A DNA stretch of 64,000 nt from a virus (IMGVR_UViG_3300028800_000012:1-64000); one strand, 5' to 3'; shown: positions 26,767 to 34,684, counted from the stretch's first letter. Translations and numbers: made by a program. Notes: generated by a model not told the origin, from the sequence alone.

Positions 26767-26932
26767 GTCATCCAGCGAACAAGCCGCGTATCTAACGGAG
26801 AGAACCATGCCTATCCGGTTGCGTCCCACGCATACCTCCTGTTGTACCTATGCAATCTATCCGGTTTACTCCCACAAAGCCCCGTGCCATAAATGAGGGG
26901 TAGGGCGAGGGACGCCCGATAGGGAGAGACAG

Positions 26933-27172
26933 ATGGCCACCGATTACAGCCCCGCCGAACTTAAGCAGATCGCCCAGATCGGCGAGGACCAGCACGTCGG
27001 ACTGTTGACCGCCTGCGGCATCCACCAAGACAACGCCCGCAAGATCATCGCCATGTCGGATGACGTGCTGGCCCAGGGGATTGCGGCGGTCGAGGGGCGG
27101 CCCAACAAGACCCCGGCGCAAGAGGCCATGATTGCCGCTGGCCGCCGTGAATTGACGATCCGTCAGGCATAG
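26933..27172 (+). CDS. IS passenger ORF 1 (79 aa, hypothetical)
   Basis: Track ORF inside the IS boundaries with protein-like composition. Confidence 0.5.
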   Translation: MATDYSPAELKQIAQIGEDQHVGLLTACGIHQDNARKIIAMSDDVLAQGIAAVEGRPNKTPAQEAMIAAGRRELTIRQA

Positions 27173-27181
27173 GAGGATTGC

Positions 27182-27427
27182 ATGACCAACATCAGTAAGG
27201 CCGCCCGGATTGCCCGGATGTACGAGGCCATCCGGCATCTTGAGACCGCTATCCGGGCCTATGAGCAGGGCGACGATGACGGATCGGTCGCGATTGACCC
27301 GGCTATCACCGGATCGGAGGTTTTTGTCGCGATGTTTGAGGCCCCCAACGGGCCAGTCAGCCTCGCGGCTGCCGCTGCGGCAATCCAAGCCGCGACCATC
27401 GGCTACGAGCATGAGCGGGGCGAGTAA
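27182..27427 (+). CDS. IS passenger ORF 2 (81 aa, hypothetical)
   Basis: Track ORF. Its stop overlaps the next start. Confidence 0.5.
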   Translation: MTNISKAARIARMYEAIRHLETAIRAYEQGDDDGSVAIDPAITGSEVFVAMFEAPNGPVSLAAAAAAIQAATIGYEHERGE

Positions 27428-27831
27428 TGCAGCGCCTCGATCCAGACGCCGCGTTTTTCGAGGACTGGTCCGCATGGGCCAGTCTCGACGATCTACCGGA
27501 GCGTCCGACCAACGGTAACGGCGAGGCGGTGATTTACGGCCATCGAGCGTGGGGCAATTGGTCGGAGTATTATTGCGATCTGCGGCACGGTCGCGGCTGG
27601 GCTGGCGGCCCGCATTTTGAGATTGCCGTGCCGTGCAACGGCCCGATTGTTGACATGGTGCGTCGCCTGCCAGGGGCACGGCAGCACCCCAGCCTATGGG
27701 GCACACATCAAGTCTCGCTGAGCAGGCTGCGCTACACATGGCAAGTACCTGCGCAGCATTGGCGCGCGGTGCGCGCTGCCCTACCGGCCATCAAAGCAGC
27801 AACCGTCAAATGGGTGAGGACGCCACGATGA
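27427..27831 (+). CDS. IS passenger ORF 3 (134 aa, hypothetical)
   Basis: Track ORF, ATGA-coupled to the transposase start. Confidence 0.45.
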   Translation: MQRLDPDAAFFEDWSAWASLDDLPERPTNGNGEAVIYGHRAWGNWSEYYCDLRHGRGWAGGPHFEIAVPCNGPIVDMVRRLPGARQHPSLWGTHQVSLSRLRYTWQVPAQHWRAVRAALPAIKAATVKWVRTPR

Positions 27832-28871
27832 TGGCCCCCGCTACTGCCGATGTGCATGCCTGGGAGCATCTGCCGTTTCCCAAATCGCTCCCGCAGTTCC
27901 AAAAGTTTTTCCCGGATAACGAGCGGTGCGCCCGTTACCTTGAGGGCGCACGCTGGCCGCGCGGCTTTGAATGCCCTCACTGCGGCAAGAAAGGCGAGCC
28001 GTTTAGATTTGAGTCCCGGCCCGGTGTGCTCCGCTGTCGAGACTGCCGCCGCGACATATCGCTGACGGCAGGCACCGTCATGGAGCGCACGCATACGCCG
28101 CTGACAACGTGGTTTTGGGCCGCCTATCTCGTATCGTCGATGACGCCTGGGCTGTCGGCAGTCCAATTCCAGCGCCAACTCGGATTGAGCCGCTACGAAA
28201 CCGCGTTTCAAATTTTGCACAAGCTGCGGGCCGGGATGGTCCGGCCCGACCGCGACAAGATCGGCGGGAATCTCGCGCGCAAGGATCATGTTGAGGTTGA
28301 TGAGACTTGGATCGGCGGGGCCACGCGCGGCGAAGGCCGGGGCGTCCACGATCAAACGCTCGTTATCGGCGCGGTCGAGGTCCGGCAGCGCCCGCCGAAA
28401 AAGGGCGACAAACCGGAGCGCAAGGGCGGGCGCTACGCTGGACGCCTGCGCCTGGACGTGGTGCCGGATCGCACTGCAAAATCGCTGTGCGGTTTTGTCG
28501 AGCAAGCGGTAGAGCCGGGCGCGATCATCATTACGGACGCGGCTCCGAGCTATGCTGGCCTCGACAAGCTCGGCTACGCGCACCTGCCGGTGGTCGAGGC
28601 CGCCAACCCAGAAGTGGCGGAAGAATATCTGCCGATCATCCACCTCGCGTTTAGCAATCTCAAAAGCTGGTTGCGCGGCACGCACCACGGCGTCTCGCCG
28701 CAGCATCTGCAAGCTTACCTCAACGAGTTTGCTTTCCGCTTTAACCGGCGGTTCTACCCGTTCAACGCCTTCCGCTCGCTGCTCGGCATCGGCGCGAACG
28801 GCGAGTCCCCGACCTACGACGGCCTTTACAGCGGCGACTGGAAACACCCCAGCGTTAGCGGTCATGGGTGA
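27828..28871 (+). CDS. IS1595-family (ISXO2-like) DDE transposase
   Basis: Start aligned to the paralog at 31157..32197. N-terminal zinc ribbon CPHCG...CRDCRR, then VEVDETWIGG and ITDAAPSY motifs. The stop abuts the right inverted repeat. Confidence 0.85.
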   Translation: MMAPATADVHAWEHLPFPKSLPQFQKFFPDNERCARYLEGARWPRGFECPHCGKKGEPFRFESRPGVLRCRDCRRDISLTAGTVMERTHTPLTTWFWAAYLVSSMTPGLSAVQFQRQLGLSRYETAFQILHKLRAGMVRPDRDKIGGNLARKDHVEVDETWIGGATRGEGRGVHDQTLVIGAVEVRQRPPKKGDKPERKGGRYAGRLRLDVVPDRTAKSLCGFVEQAVEPGAIIITDAAPSYAGLDKLGYAHLPVVEAANPEVAEEYLPIIHLAFSNLKSWLRGTHHGVSPQHLQAYLNEFAFRFNRRFYPFNAFRSLLGIGANGESPTYDGLYSGDWKHPSVSGHG

Positions 28872-28897
28872 CAACCGGATAGGCATGGAGAGAACAG

Positions 28898-29434
28898 ATG
28901 CGATTTGAGGTCGGACAGAAGATTTGGATTGCCGAGTTTTCCCCGCTCGCGCCGGAGCATGTGACCTGCCCCGACTGCGGCGGCACTGGACGGCTCCGTG
29001 TCTCGTTCCACGACGAGACGCAGGTTTCGATCGATTGCCGAAACTGCGCGCCGGGATATGAGGCGCCGACCGGCTGGATAATCGTTCACCGCCAGAAGGC
29101 ATCCGCGCGACAGGCAACAATCACCGGCCTCGAAATGAACGGCACCAAAGTGCGGTGGCACGCTGACGGGACGGAGAACTGCTGGCGCCAAGTCGATGAC
29201 GACGAGGTTTTCGACACGGAGGCCGACGCCATCGCGTTCGCTCAGCGCAAAGCGAAGGAGTGGGAGGACCGCGAGCGGGCCAAGATTTTCGAGAAGGAGA
29301 AGGACTCGAAAACCTGGGCTTGGAACGCGAGCTATCACCGCCGCTGCCTGAAAGAGGCACAAAGGCAGGTCGAATACCACACTTCAAAATTGAACGTGGC
29401 CTCTCTCAAGGCCAAGGAAAAGGTTGAGGCGTGA
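28898..29434 (+). CDS. Zinc-ribbon hypothetical protein (178 aa)
   Basis: CPDCGGTG...CRNC motif, coiled-coil C-terminus. The RBS GGAGAG is partly rebuilt by the IS target duplication. Confidence 0.55.
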   Translation: MRFEVGQKIWIAEFSPLAPEHVTCPDCGGTGRLRVSFHDETQVSIDCRNCAPGYEAPTGWIIVHRQKASARQATITGLEMNGTKVRWHADGTENCWRQVDDDEVFDTEADAIAFAQRKAKEWEDRERAKIFEKEKDSKTWAWNASYHRRCLKEAQRQVEYHTSKLNVASLKAKEKVEA

Positions 29435-29463
29435 ATATCGCCCCACTGGCACGGAGAACTCAC

Positions 29464-29571
29464 ATGTCATTTCTAGGAGTAGTCGGAACCGTCGTTCTTG
29501 TGCTGATTGTTCTCGCCGTGCTTGGCTGGCTCATCTCTTGGTTCATTTCAGGAATTGATCTGAGCCACTGA
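29464..29571 (+). CDS. Small hydrophobic peptide (35 aa)
   Basis: My translation: MSFLGVVGTVVLVLIVLAVLGWLISWFISGIDLSH. Confidence 0.3.
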   Translation: MSFLGVVGTVVLVLIVLAVLGWLISWFISGIDLSH

Positions 29572-29577
29572 TATCGG

Positions 29578-29793
29578 GTGATGACTGCCATGAGCGACAA
29601 ACCGGACCCATACAATGACGGCTACACCCACGAGGCGCTGCACACGGCGCATGTCGTGTGCGACGTGTGGGATCAGCACGTCACTGACACCCGCTGCGCC
29701 GAACAATTCCCGGACGTGAAGGCCGCTTGCGAGAAGGCCGCGCAGGCAATGTACGACGCCTACCAGCTCATCGGCCAGAAATTCAGCGAATAG
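29578..29793 (+). CDS. Hypothetical protein (71 aa)
   Basis: Track ORF. Confidence 0.45.
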   Translation: MMTAMSDKPDPYNDGYTHEALHTAHVVCDVWDQHVTDTRCAEQFPDVKAACEKAAQAMYDAYQLIGQKFSE

Positions 29794-29876
29794 CGTTCAT
29801 CGCACAACAATGTAAGCAACTGAAATTGTGAGGTTGGTGCGCCTCGACCATTCTCAGGGGCATTGGAGAAGCGAAA

Positions 29877-30185
29877 GTGATAAACCATCCGAACCGCAAG
29901 AAGCAGAACGGGGAACGCGCCGTTGTCGTGACGACGCAGCACAAGGGGGTGTTCTTCGGTTATGCGAAGGATACCGATGGAGCGATCATCAACCTGCGCG
30001 CCGGCCGCAACTGCCTATACTGGTCGCAAGGCGTGAAGGGCTTCATCGGACTCGCCGCCGATGGCCCGGATAAGCAGTGCCGCATTGGCCCGGCCGCAGA
30101 CATCGCATTGCGCGACATTACGAGCGTCGTGGAATGCACGCCCGCCGCCGTCCAGGCTTGGGAGAATGCCCCGTGGTCGCGGTAG
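29877..30185 (+). CDS. Hypothetical protein (102 aa)
   Basis: Track ORF (VVVTTQHKGVFFGYAKD...). Confidence 0.5.
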   Translation: MINHPNRKKQNGERAVVVTTQHKGVFFGYAKDTDGAIINLRAGRNCLYWSQGVKGFIGLAADGPDKQCRIGPAADIALRDITSVVECTPAAVQAWENAPWSR

Positions 30186-30952
30186 CAACCCAAATTGTCC
30201 TTAGAGGCGAGCCAGCGAAGCTGGCGAGCCTTTACGGCTACGGCTACGGCTCCGGCTACGGCTCCGGCTACGGCTCCGGCTACGGCTCCGGCTACGGCTC
30301 CGGCTACGGCTCCGGCTACGGCTACGGCTACGGCTACGGCTCCGGCTACGGCTCCGGCTACGGCTCCGGCTACGGCTACGGCTCCGGCTACGGCTCCGGC
30401 TACGGCGACGGCTCCGGCGACGGCTACGGCTACGGCTACGGCTCCGGCTACGGCTCCGGCGACGGCTCCGGCGACGGCTACGGCGACGGCTCCGGCGACG
30501 GCTCCGGCTACGGCTACGGCTCCGGCGACGGCTCCGGCTACGGCTCCGGCTCCGGCGACGGCTCCGGCTCCGGCTACGGCTCCGGCTCCGGCTACGGCTC
30601 GAAAGAATATTGGGCCGCTACCATACCACACTTCGCGGCGAAGTGGTCGATGGAGCAGCAAGAACGAGTGCGTGCTGCACAGGAAGCAGGCGCAACACTC
30701 GCGTTCTGGCGATCGGACAAGTCGGGCCAGCCGGCAAACAACGGCGGCCGCATGGAAGCCGCTGCGCCTGGCGTCGTTCACACCGCGCCCGGTCCACTCA
30801 GCCTGTGCAGTCGCGGAACGCTTCACGCAACGCTTATTCCGCCGAAGTGGAAAGGCGAGCGTTGGTGGATCGTCGCGATGTACGGAGAAGTCGAGTGGCA
30901 GGACGACAAATGCGGATCACTCAAGCGCGAAATCTTGGGGGAGGCTCTTTAG
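30173..30952 (+). CDS. Gly-Tyr/Ser/Asp repeat protein with a C-terminal domain of unknown function
   Basis: GTG at 30173 behind GGGAGA. About 120 residues of (GY/GS/GD)n, then KEYWAATIPHFAAKW...LCSRGTLHATLIPPKWKGERWWIVAMYGEV...DKCGSLKREILGE. The other frames across the repeat give AGAV or ATAP artefacts. Confidence 0.55.
   Translation: MVAVATQIVLRGEPAKLASLYGYGYGSGYGSGYGSGYGSGYGSGYGSGYGYGYGYGSGYGSGYGSGYGYGSGYGSGYGDGSGDGYGYGYGSGYGSGDGSGDGYGDGSGDGSGYGYGSGDGSGYGSGSGDGSGSGYGSGSGYGSKEYWAATIPHFAAKWSMEQQERVRAAQEAGATLAFWRSDKSGQPANNGGRMEAAAPGVVHTAPGPLSLCSRGTLHATLIPPKWKGERWWIVAMYGEVEWQDDKCGSLKREILGEAL
30233..30601 (+). repeat. Tandem hexanucleotide repeat (GGCTAC / GGCTCC / GGCGAC units)
   Basis: Read directly from the sequence. 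About 370 bp of imperfect 6-bp units, open in all six frames. Confidence 0.95.
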
Positions 30953-30998
30953 CCTCTCTCAATTTCAACGCCGCGAGTCTCACATACACAGACACGCC

Positions 30999-31113
30999 AT
31001 GCACAGAAGATACGACGACATCTTAGACCGCATTGATGAGCCGCCGATTTGGTTCGATGAATGCGCTGTTCCGCGCTATTGTAAGTTCAGCCCGGACATG
31101 GCGTCGAACATAT
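30999..31113 (+). pseudogene. 5' fragment of a Cys-rich phage gene split by IS no. 2
   Basis: MHRRYDDILDRIDEPPIWFDECAVPRYCKFSPDMASNI, then read-through into the IS. Removing the IS and one target-duplication copy joins it in frame to 32649..32988. Confidence 0.8.
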
Positions 31114-31156
31114 CATGCTTTTCGGGTTTCCACATACAAGCCCCATAGGTTGATGG

Positions 31157-32197
31157 TCAGCCATGATGACTAGCCATCGTCGGATGTTTCCACTCGCCGC
31201 TGTAGAGCCCGTCATAGGTCGGGCTTTCACCGTTCGCGCCGATGCCGAGCAAACTGCGGAAGGCGTTGAACGGGTAGAAGCGGCGGTTGAACCGGAAAAC
31301 GAACTCGTTGAGGTAGGCTTGCAGATGCTTGGGGCTCACGCGCCCGTGGTGTGTCCCTTGCAGCCACGCCTTGAGGTTCGAAAAGACAAGGTGAACGATG
31401 GGCAGATATTCTTCGGCCACGTTCGGGTCGTTCCCCTCGACAACCGGCAAGTGCTGATAGCCGAGCGCGGGCAGGCCGTTGTAGCCGCCCCAGGCGTCGG
31501 TAATGATCATCGCGCCCGGTTCAACCGCCTGTTCTACAAATCCGGTCAGCGACTTAGCACCGCGCGTCGGCACGATTCCCAGCCGCAGGCGGCCAGCATA
31601 GCGCCCGCCGCGCCGCATGGGCTTGTCGCCTTTCTTGGCCGGTCGGGTGCGGACCTCGACGGCGGCCATGACCAGCGTTTGCCCTTGCGGGCCGCGCCCT
31701 TGGCCGCGCACCGCGCCGCCAACGTAGGTTTCGTCAACCTCGACGTGGTCGCCGCGCCCAAGGTTGCCGCCGATCCGGTCCCGGTTCTGCCGGACCATTC
31801 CGGCCCGCAGCTTGTGCAGGATTTGGAAGGCTGTTTCGCGGGTCAAGCCAAGCTGGCGCTCGAATTGAACCGTCGAAATGCCGGGCGTCACGGTCGAAAC
31901 GAGGTATGCACCCCAAAACCACACCGTCAGTGGCGTATGGGTGCGCTGCATCACGGTCCCGACCGTCAGCGACGTTTGCTTGCGGCAGGCGCGGCACGTC
32001 AGGACCGTCTTGCGGGTTGCCATGCGGAAGGGCTCGCCCTTCTCGCCGCAATGCGGGCAGACAAAGCCTTTCGGCCACTTTGCGCCCTCAAGCCATCGGG
32101 CGCACGCGTCATCATCGGGAAAGAGCCGCTGGAAGTCCCGGAGCGACTTCGGGAACGGCAGGTTCTCCCATTGGAGAACGTCGGCGTGGGGAGGCAT
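31157..32197 (-). CDS. IS1595-family (ISXO2-like) DDE transposase
   Basis: 346 aa, roughly three quarters identical by eye to 27828..28871. The C-terminal DNA differs at many synonymous sites. Confidence 0.85.
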   Translation of the reverse strand: MPPHADVLQWENLPFPKSLRDFQRLFPDDDACARWLEGAKWPKGFVCPHCGEKGEPFRMATRKTVLTCRACRKQTSLTVGTVMQRTHTPLTVWFWGAYLVSTVTPGISTVQFERQLGLTRETAFQILHKLRAGMVRQNRDRIGGNLGRGDHVEVDETYVGGAVRGQGRGPQGQTLVMAAVEVRTRPAKKGDKPMRRGGRYAGRLRLGIVPTRGAKSLTGFVEQAVEPGAMIITDAWGGYNGLPALGYQHLPVVEGNDPNVAEEYLPIVHLVFSNLKAWLQGTHHGRVSPKHLQAYLNEFVFRFNRRFYPFNAFRSLLGIGANGESPTYDGLYSGEWKHPTMASHHG

Positions 32198-32305
32198 TTA
32201 CGCGACCTCCCCGGATTTGCAGCCGCGCTGTTCCCGTTCGACCGGATCGGTCGGGCAGCTAAAGTCAATGTGTTCGGGATAGCCGGGATATCCGTGGGCG
32301 GGCAT
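32198..32305 (-). CDS. Small ORF inside IS no. 2 (35 aa)
   Basis: My translation: MPAHGYPGYPEHIDFSCPTDPVEREQRGCKSGEVA. Its stop is adjacent to the transposase ATG. Confidence 0.3.
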   Translation of the reverse strand: MPAHGYPGYPEHIDFSCPTDPVEREQRGCKSGEVA

Positions 32306-32560
32306 TTATTCGCCCTCCCATATGACGGTCCGAAGACGGCATGCCATCTGCAAGTCATCCTCAGACGGATAAATGTCGTGGGTCGTCCACTCAAAGAAAC
32401 GCCCATCATATTGCGACCATGTGCTTTTCACAGCGTACCAGCCGCCATCGTCCGGCGAATAGACGTTTCGAATTGTCGTATGGCCATCCGGAATGGCTGT
32501 CCGCTTCGGAGGCGTGGCCCGCTTACCGCGCCCCTTCATCTGCTCAGTCGTCCCCTTCAT
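32306..32560 (-). CDS. ORF inside IS no. 2 (84 aa, hypothetical)
   Basis: Track ORF, contiguous with the small ORF and the transposase. Confidence 0.45.
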   Translation of the reverse strand: MKGTTEQMKGRGKRATPPKRTAIPDGHTTIRNVYSPDDGGWYAVKSTWSQYDGRFFEWTTHDIYPSEDDLQMACRLRTVIWEGE

Positions 32561-32648
32561 CTAACCCTCCATAGGGAGCGGGGCGGAATGCCCCGGAACG
32601 CCCATGGTACTAGCATATGGGGCTGTATGTGTCAACCAGAAAAGCATG

Positions 32649-32988
32649 GAACATATATGCCGACGAATGCGCACTGGTCCACATCGCGTGTCAGAACTGC
32701 GGCCACCAGTTTCACGTCTGCTTTAGCGATTCCAAGTCTCAGAGGATGTTGGAGCGCGCCAGCGGGATGCGGGAGCGGCGCACGCTGGCCGACGCGATCA
32801 GGGCCAAGACGATCCACTACGGCGACCCGCCGAACGTTGATTGTTGCGCTGCTGGCCCGACCATGAACTGCGATGACATCCAAGTTCTCGAATACTGGCA
32901 CCGCCCAGATTTTGAATGGACGCGCGTGCCCGAGTTGGAAATCTCGGTCGAGGACGAGAAAGACAGCGAAACCGCGATAACCACATAA
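32649..32988 (+). pseudogene. 3' fragment of the gene split by IS no. 2
   Basis: ...YADECALVHIACQNCGHQFHVCF... continues in frame from 30999..31113 once the IS is removed. The N-terminus of track ORF 32617..32988 is IS-derived. Confidence 0.8.
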
Positions 32989-32998
32989 GAGCAACGCC

Positions 32999-33190
32999 AT
33001 GAACATTCCCGGATACGACGCATGGAAAACGATGTCGCCCGACGAGGACGATCCTCGCTGCGAGTTCTGCGGCGCGAGCGAACGCGAGTCTAGTAAGGGC
33101 TGGGCGCCGAGGGCCTGTACGGGCGAGTGCGGCACGTCCTGGCGTGACCCTGACTATGAATACGAACAGATGCGCGACGATGGACGATAG
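32999..33190 (+). CDS. Hypothetical Cys-containing protein (63 aa)
   Basis: Track ORF. Confidence 0.45.
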   Translation: MNIPGYDAWKTMSPDEDDPRCEFCGASERESSKGWAPRACTGECGTSWRDPDYEYEQMRDDGR

Positions 33191-33392
33191 GTGCATCATC
33201 TGCGGAGGCGTGCTGACGTTCCAGCACGATCATTGGCCAGATCAATCAGGGCTTGATGACGGGCCGCCGCTCCCCGGCCACAGAACTTACACCCGACGCG
33301 CACCGCCAAAGCCAGCGGCGGAATTGAGTGACATCCGCCGCCGAGCTTGGCAGACCCGCCGAGAGAAGTACGGGCAATACGGCCACAGTTGA
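33180..33392 (+). CDS. Hypothetical protein (70 aa)
   Basis: Internal ATG (MDDRCIICGGVLTF...). Confidence 0.4.
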   Translation: MDDRCIICGGVLTFQHDHWPDQSGLDDGPPLPGHRTYTRRAPPKPAAELSDIRRRAWQTRREKYGQYGHS

Positions 33393-33431
33393 AAAGTTCA
33401 AGACCGCAGTAACCATAAACGAACAGCGCCG

Positions 33432-33800
33432 ATGAACGAACCGCGCATAGACGATACCGACCCTATCACGCTGCAAGAGGCGTGCGAGATAGTATTCCGG
33501 GGAACGTGCACGGTTTACACCTTGCGGGCGGAAGCGGCGCGCGGCAGGCTTGAGATAGCCAAGATCGGGAAGCGCTACTATACGACCCTCCGCGCTGCCC
33601 GTGGCCTGTACGTCAAATGCCTCGAAGGAAATCCCCGCCCCGGCTCTATCTTGACCCAAAGCGAAAGCAGTGGGTCATCCGCGACGGCGCAGACTTCATC
33701 CGCACGGGCCGCTCTGAGGCAGAGCGTGACAGCGCTGAAAGGGTCCTCGCAAAGTACCTCGGGCAGAAGCATCAGCCGGAGCGTGGCCCGTCGCCACTGA
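33432..33800 (+). CDS. xis: Excisionase-like HTH DNA-binding protein
   Basis: ITLQEACEIVFRGTCTVYTLRAEAARGRLEIAKIGKRYY fits the AlpA/excisionase HTH pattern. The Ser/Thr-rich tail overlaps the int start by 184 nt in another frame. Confidence 0.6.
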   Translation: MNEPRIDDTDPITLQEACEIVFRGTCTVYTLRAEAARGRLEIAKIGKRYYTTLRAARGLYVKCLEGNPRPGSILTQSESSGSSATAQTSSARAALRQSVTALKGSSQSTSGRSISRSVARRH

Positions 33801-34612
33801 TAGCCGATATGCTGCTGGCCTATACCAGAGAGCACGTCCCGCACACGCGATCGGCAGCAAGTGCGGCCTATCACATCGGTAGCCTGGAGGCGTGGTGGGG
33901 CGACAAGCGATTGGCCGACGTGACCCCGGAAAACTGCCGCGCGTATGCGACCGGCCGCAAGGCTTACGGCGCCCGGCGCGACCTTGAGGTCCTGCGAGCT
34001 GCAATCAACCACTGGCACAGGCACCACGGCCCGCTGCCGGCGGTCCCGACCGTAATCCTCCCGGAGAAAGCCGCCCCGCGCGAGCGATGGTTGACCCGTT
34101 CGGAGGCGGCGAAGCTGCTATGGGCGGCCCGGCGCACTCCGCACCTTGCCCGGTTTATCCTGCTCGGGCTCTACACAGGCTCCCGCTCGGGCGTGATTCT
34201 GGGGGCCAAGTGGGACCAGATTGACCTTGAAAAAGGGCTGATGCGCCGCATTGCCCTTGGGAAGGCCCAGGATAAGCGCAAGCGCGCTCCGACAGTTCGG
34301 CTCGGAAAACGGATTTTAACGCATCTCCGCCGCTGGAAACGGCACGATGATCCCCGAGTCGGGTATCTGTGCCATTACAACGGTGCGCGGGTGCAGAAGA
34401 TGCGCCGGTCGTGGGCTGCGGCACGGAAGCGGGCCAAGCTAGACGCCACGGTGACGCCGCACGTTCTGCGGCATACCAGGGCGACATGGCTGATGCAGGC
34501 CGGGATCGATGTATGGGAGGCCGCTGGGCACTTGGGGATGACGCCGGAGACGCTGCAAAACGTCTATGGAAAACATCACCCCGACTACCAAAAGCGGGCC
34601 GCGGAGGTGTAG
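33617..34612 (+). CDS. int: Tyrosine integrase
   Basis: ARFILLGLYTGSRSG (Arg box), HVLRHTRATW (H-x-x-R) and NVYGKHH (Tyr). 331 aa, adjacent to the tRNA-derived att sequence. Confidence 0.9.
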   Translation: MPRRKSPPRLYLDPKRKQWVIRDGADFIRTGRSEAERDSAERVLAKYLGQKHQPERGPSPLIADMLLAYTREHVPHTRSAASAAYHIGSLEAWWGDKRLADVTPENCRAYATGRKAYGARRDLEVLRAAINHWHRHHGPLPAVPTVILPEKAAPRERWLTRSEAAKLLWAARRTPHLARFILLGLYTGSRSGVILGAKWDQIDLEKGLMRRIALGKAQDKRKRAPTVRLGKRILTHLRRWKRHDDPRVGYLCHYNGARVQKMRRSWAAARKRAKLDATVTPHVLRHTRATWLMQAGIDVWEAAGHLGMTPETLQNVYGKHHPDYQKRAAEV

Positions 34613-34637
34613 TTCTAGTGCCGTTTCTGTGCCAAGA

Positions 34638-34684
34638 TGGTCGGAGTGGCAGGATTTGAACCTGCGACCCCCACGTCCCGAACG
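34638..34684 (-). other. 3' fragment of tRNA-Pro(CGG): att core / prophage junction
   Basis: Minus strand reads CGTTCGGGACGTGGGGGTCGCAGGTTCAAATCCTGCCACTCCGACCA: anticodon loop with CGG, T-arm, 3' acceptor strand and CCA. No matching 5' acceptor strand (CGGAGTG) or D-arm lies upstream. Confidence 0.75.

Larger units (their letters stand above)
26806..28887 (+). mobile_element. IS1595-family element no. 1 (2082 bp) carrying three passenger ORFs
   Basis: Perfect 16-bp terminal inverted repeats CATGCCTATCCGGTTG (26806..26821 and the reverse complement of 28872..28887). Flanked by a perfect 8-bp direct repeat GAGAGAAC (26798..26805 and 28888..28895). ISXO2-like transposase inside. Confidence 0.85.
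31114..32648 (-). mobile_element. IS1595-family element no. 2 (1535 bp)
   Basis: About 34-bp imperfect terminal inverted repeats starting CATGCTTTTC (31114..31147 and the reverse complement of 32616..32648). Perfect 8-bp target duplication GAACATAT (31106..31113 and 32649..32656). Confidence 0.85.

Noticed and set aside
26792-29120. Long minus-strand ORFs 26792..27739 (315 aa) and 27732..29120 (462 aa), antisense to IS element no. 1
   Set aside because: Both are Arg/Pro/Ala/Gly-rich with no motifs, typical of shadow ORFs in high-GC DNA. The plus strand carries a recognisable transposase and coupled ORFs.
30233-30601. Tandem repeat array considered as a CRISPR array
   Set aside because: The units are 6 bp with no spacers, and the array lies inside a coding frame. 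It is not CRISPR.
29960-31148. Alternative readings of the hexanucleotide repeat: 29960..30826 minus (AGAVAGAV...) and 30195..31148 plus (ATAPATAP...)
   Set aside because: Any frame stays open across the repeat. Only the Gly-Tyr/Ser frame has a plausible RBS and start and continues into non-repetitive, protein-like sequence.
26806-32648. The two inverted IS1595-family copies considered as a composite transposon around 28898..31113
   Set aside because: Each element has its own pair of inverted repeats and its own distinct perfect 8-bp target duplication (GAGAGAAC versus GAACATAT). The two transposases are clearly diverged. The evidence fits two independent insertions.
31163-32866. 567-aa plus-strand ORF antisense to the second transposase
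   Set aside because: Shadow ORF with biased composition. The minus strand encodes a transposase that aligns along its full length with 27828..28871.
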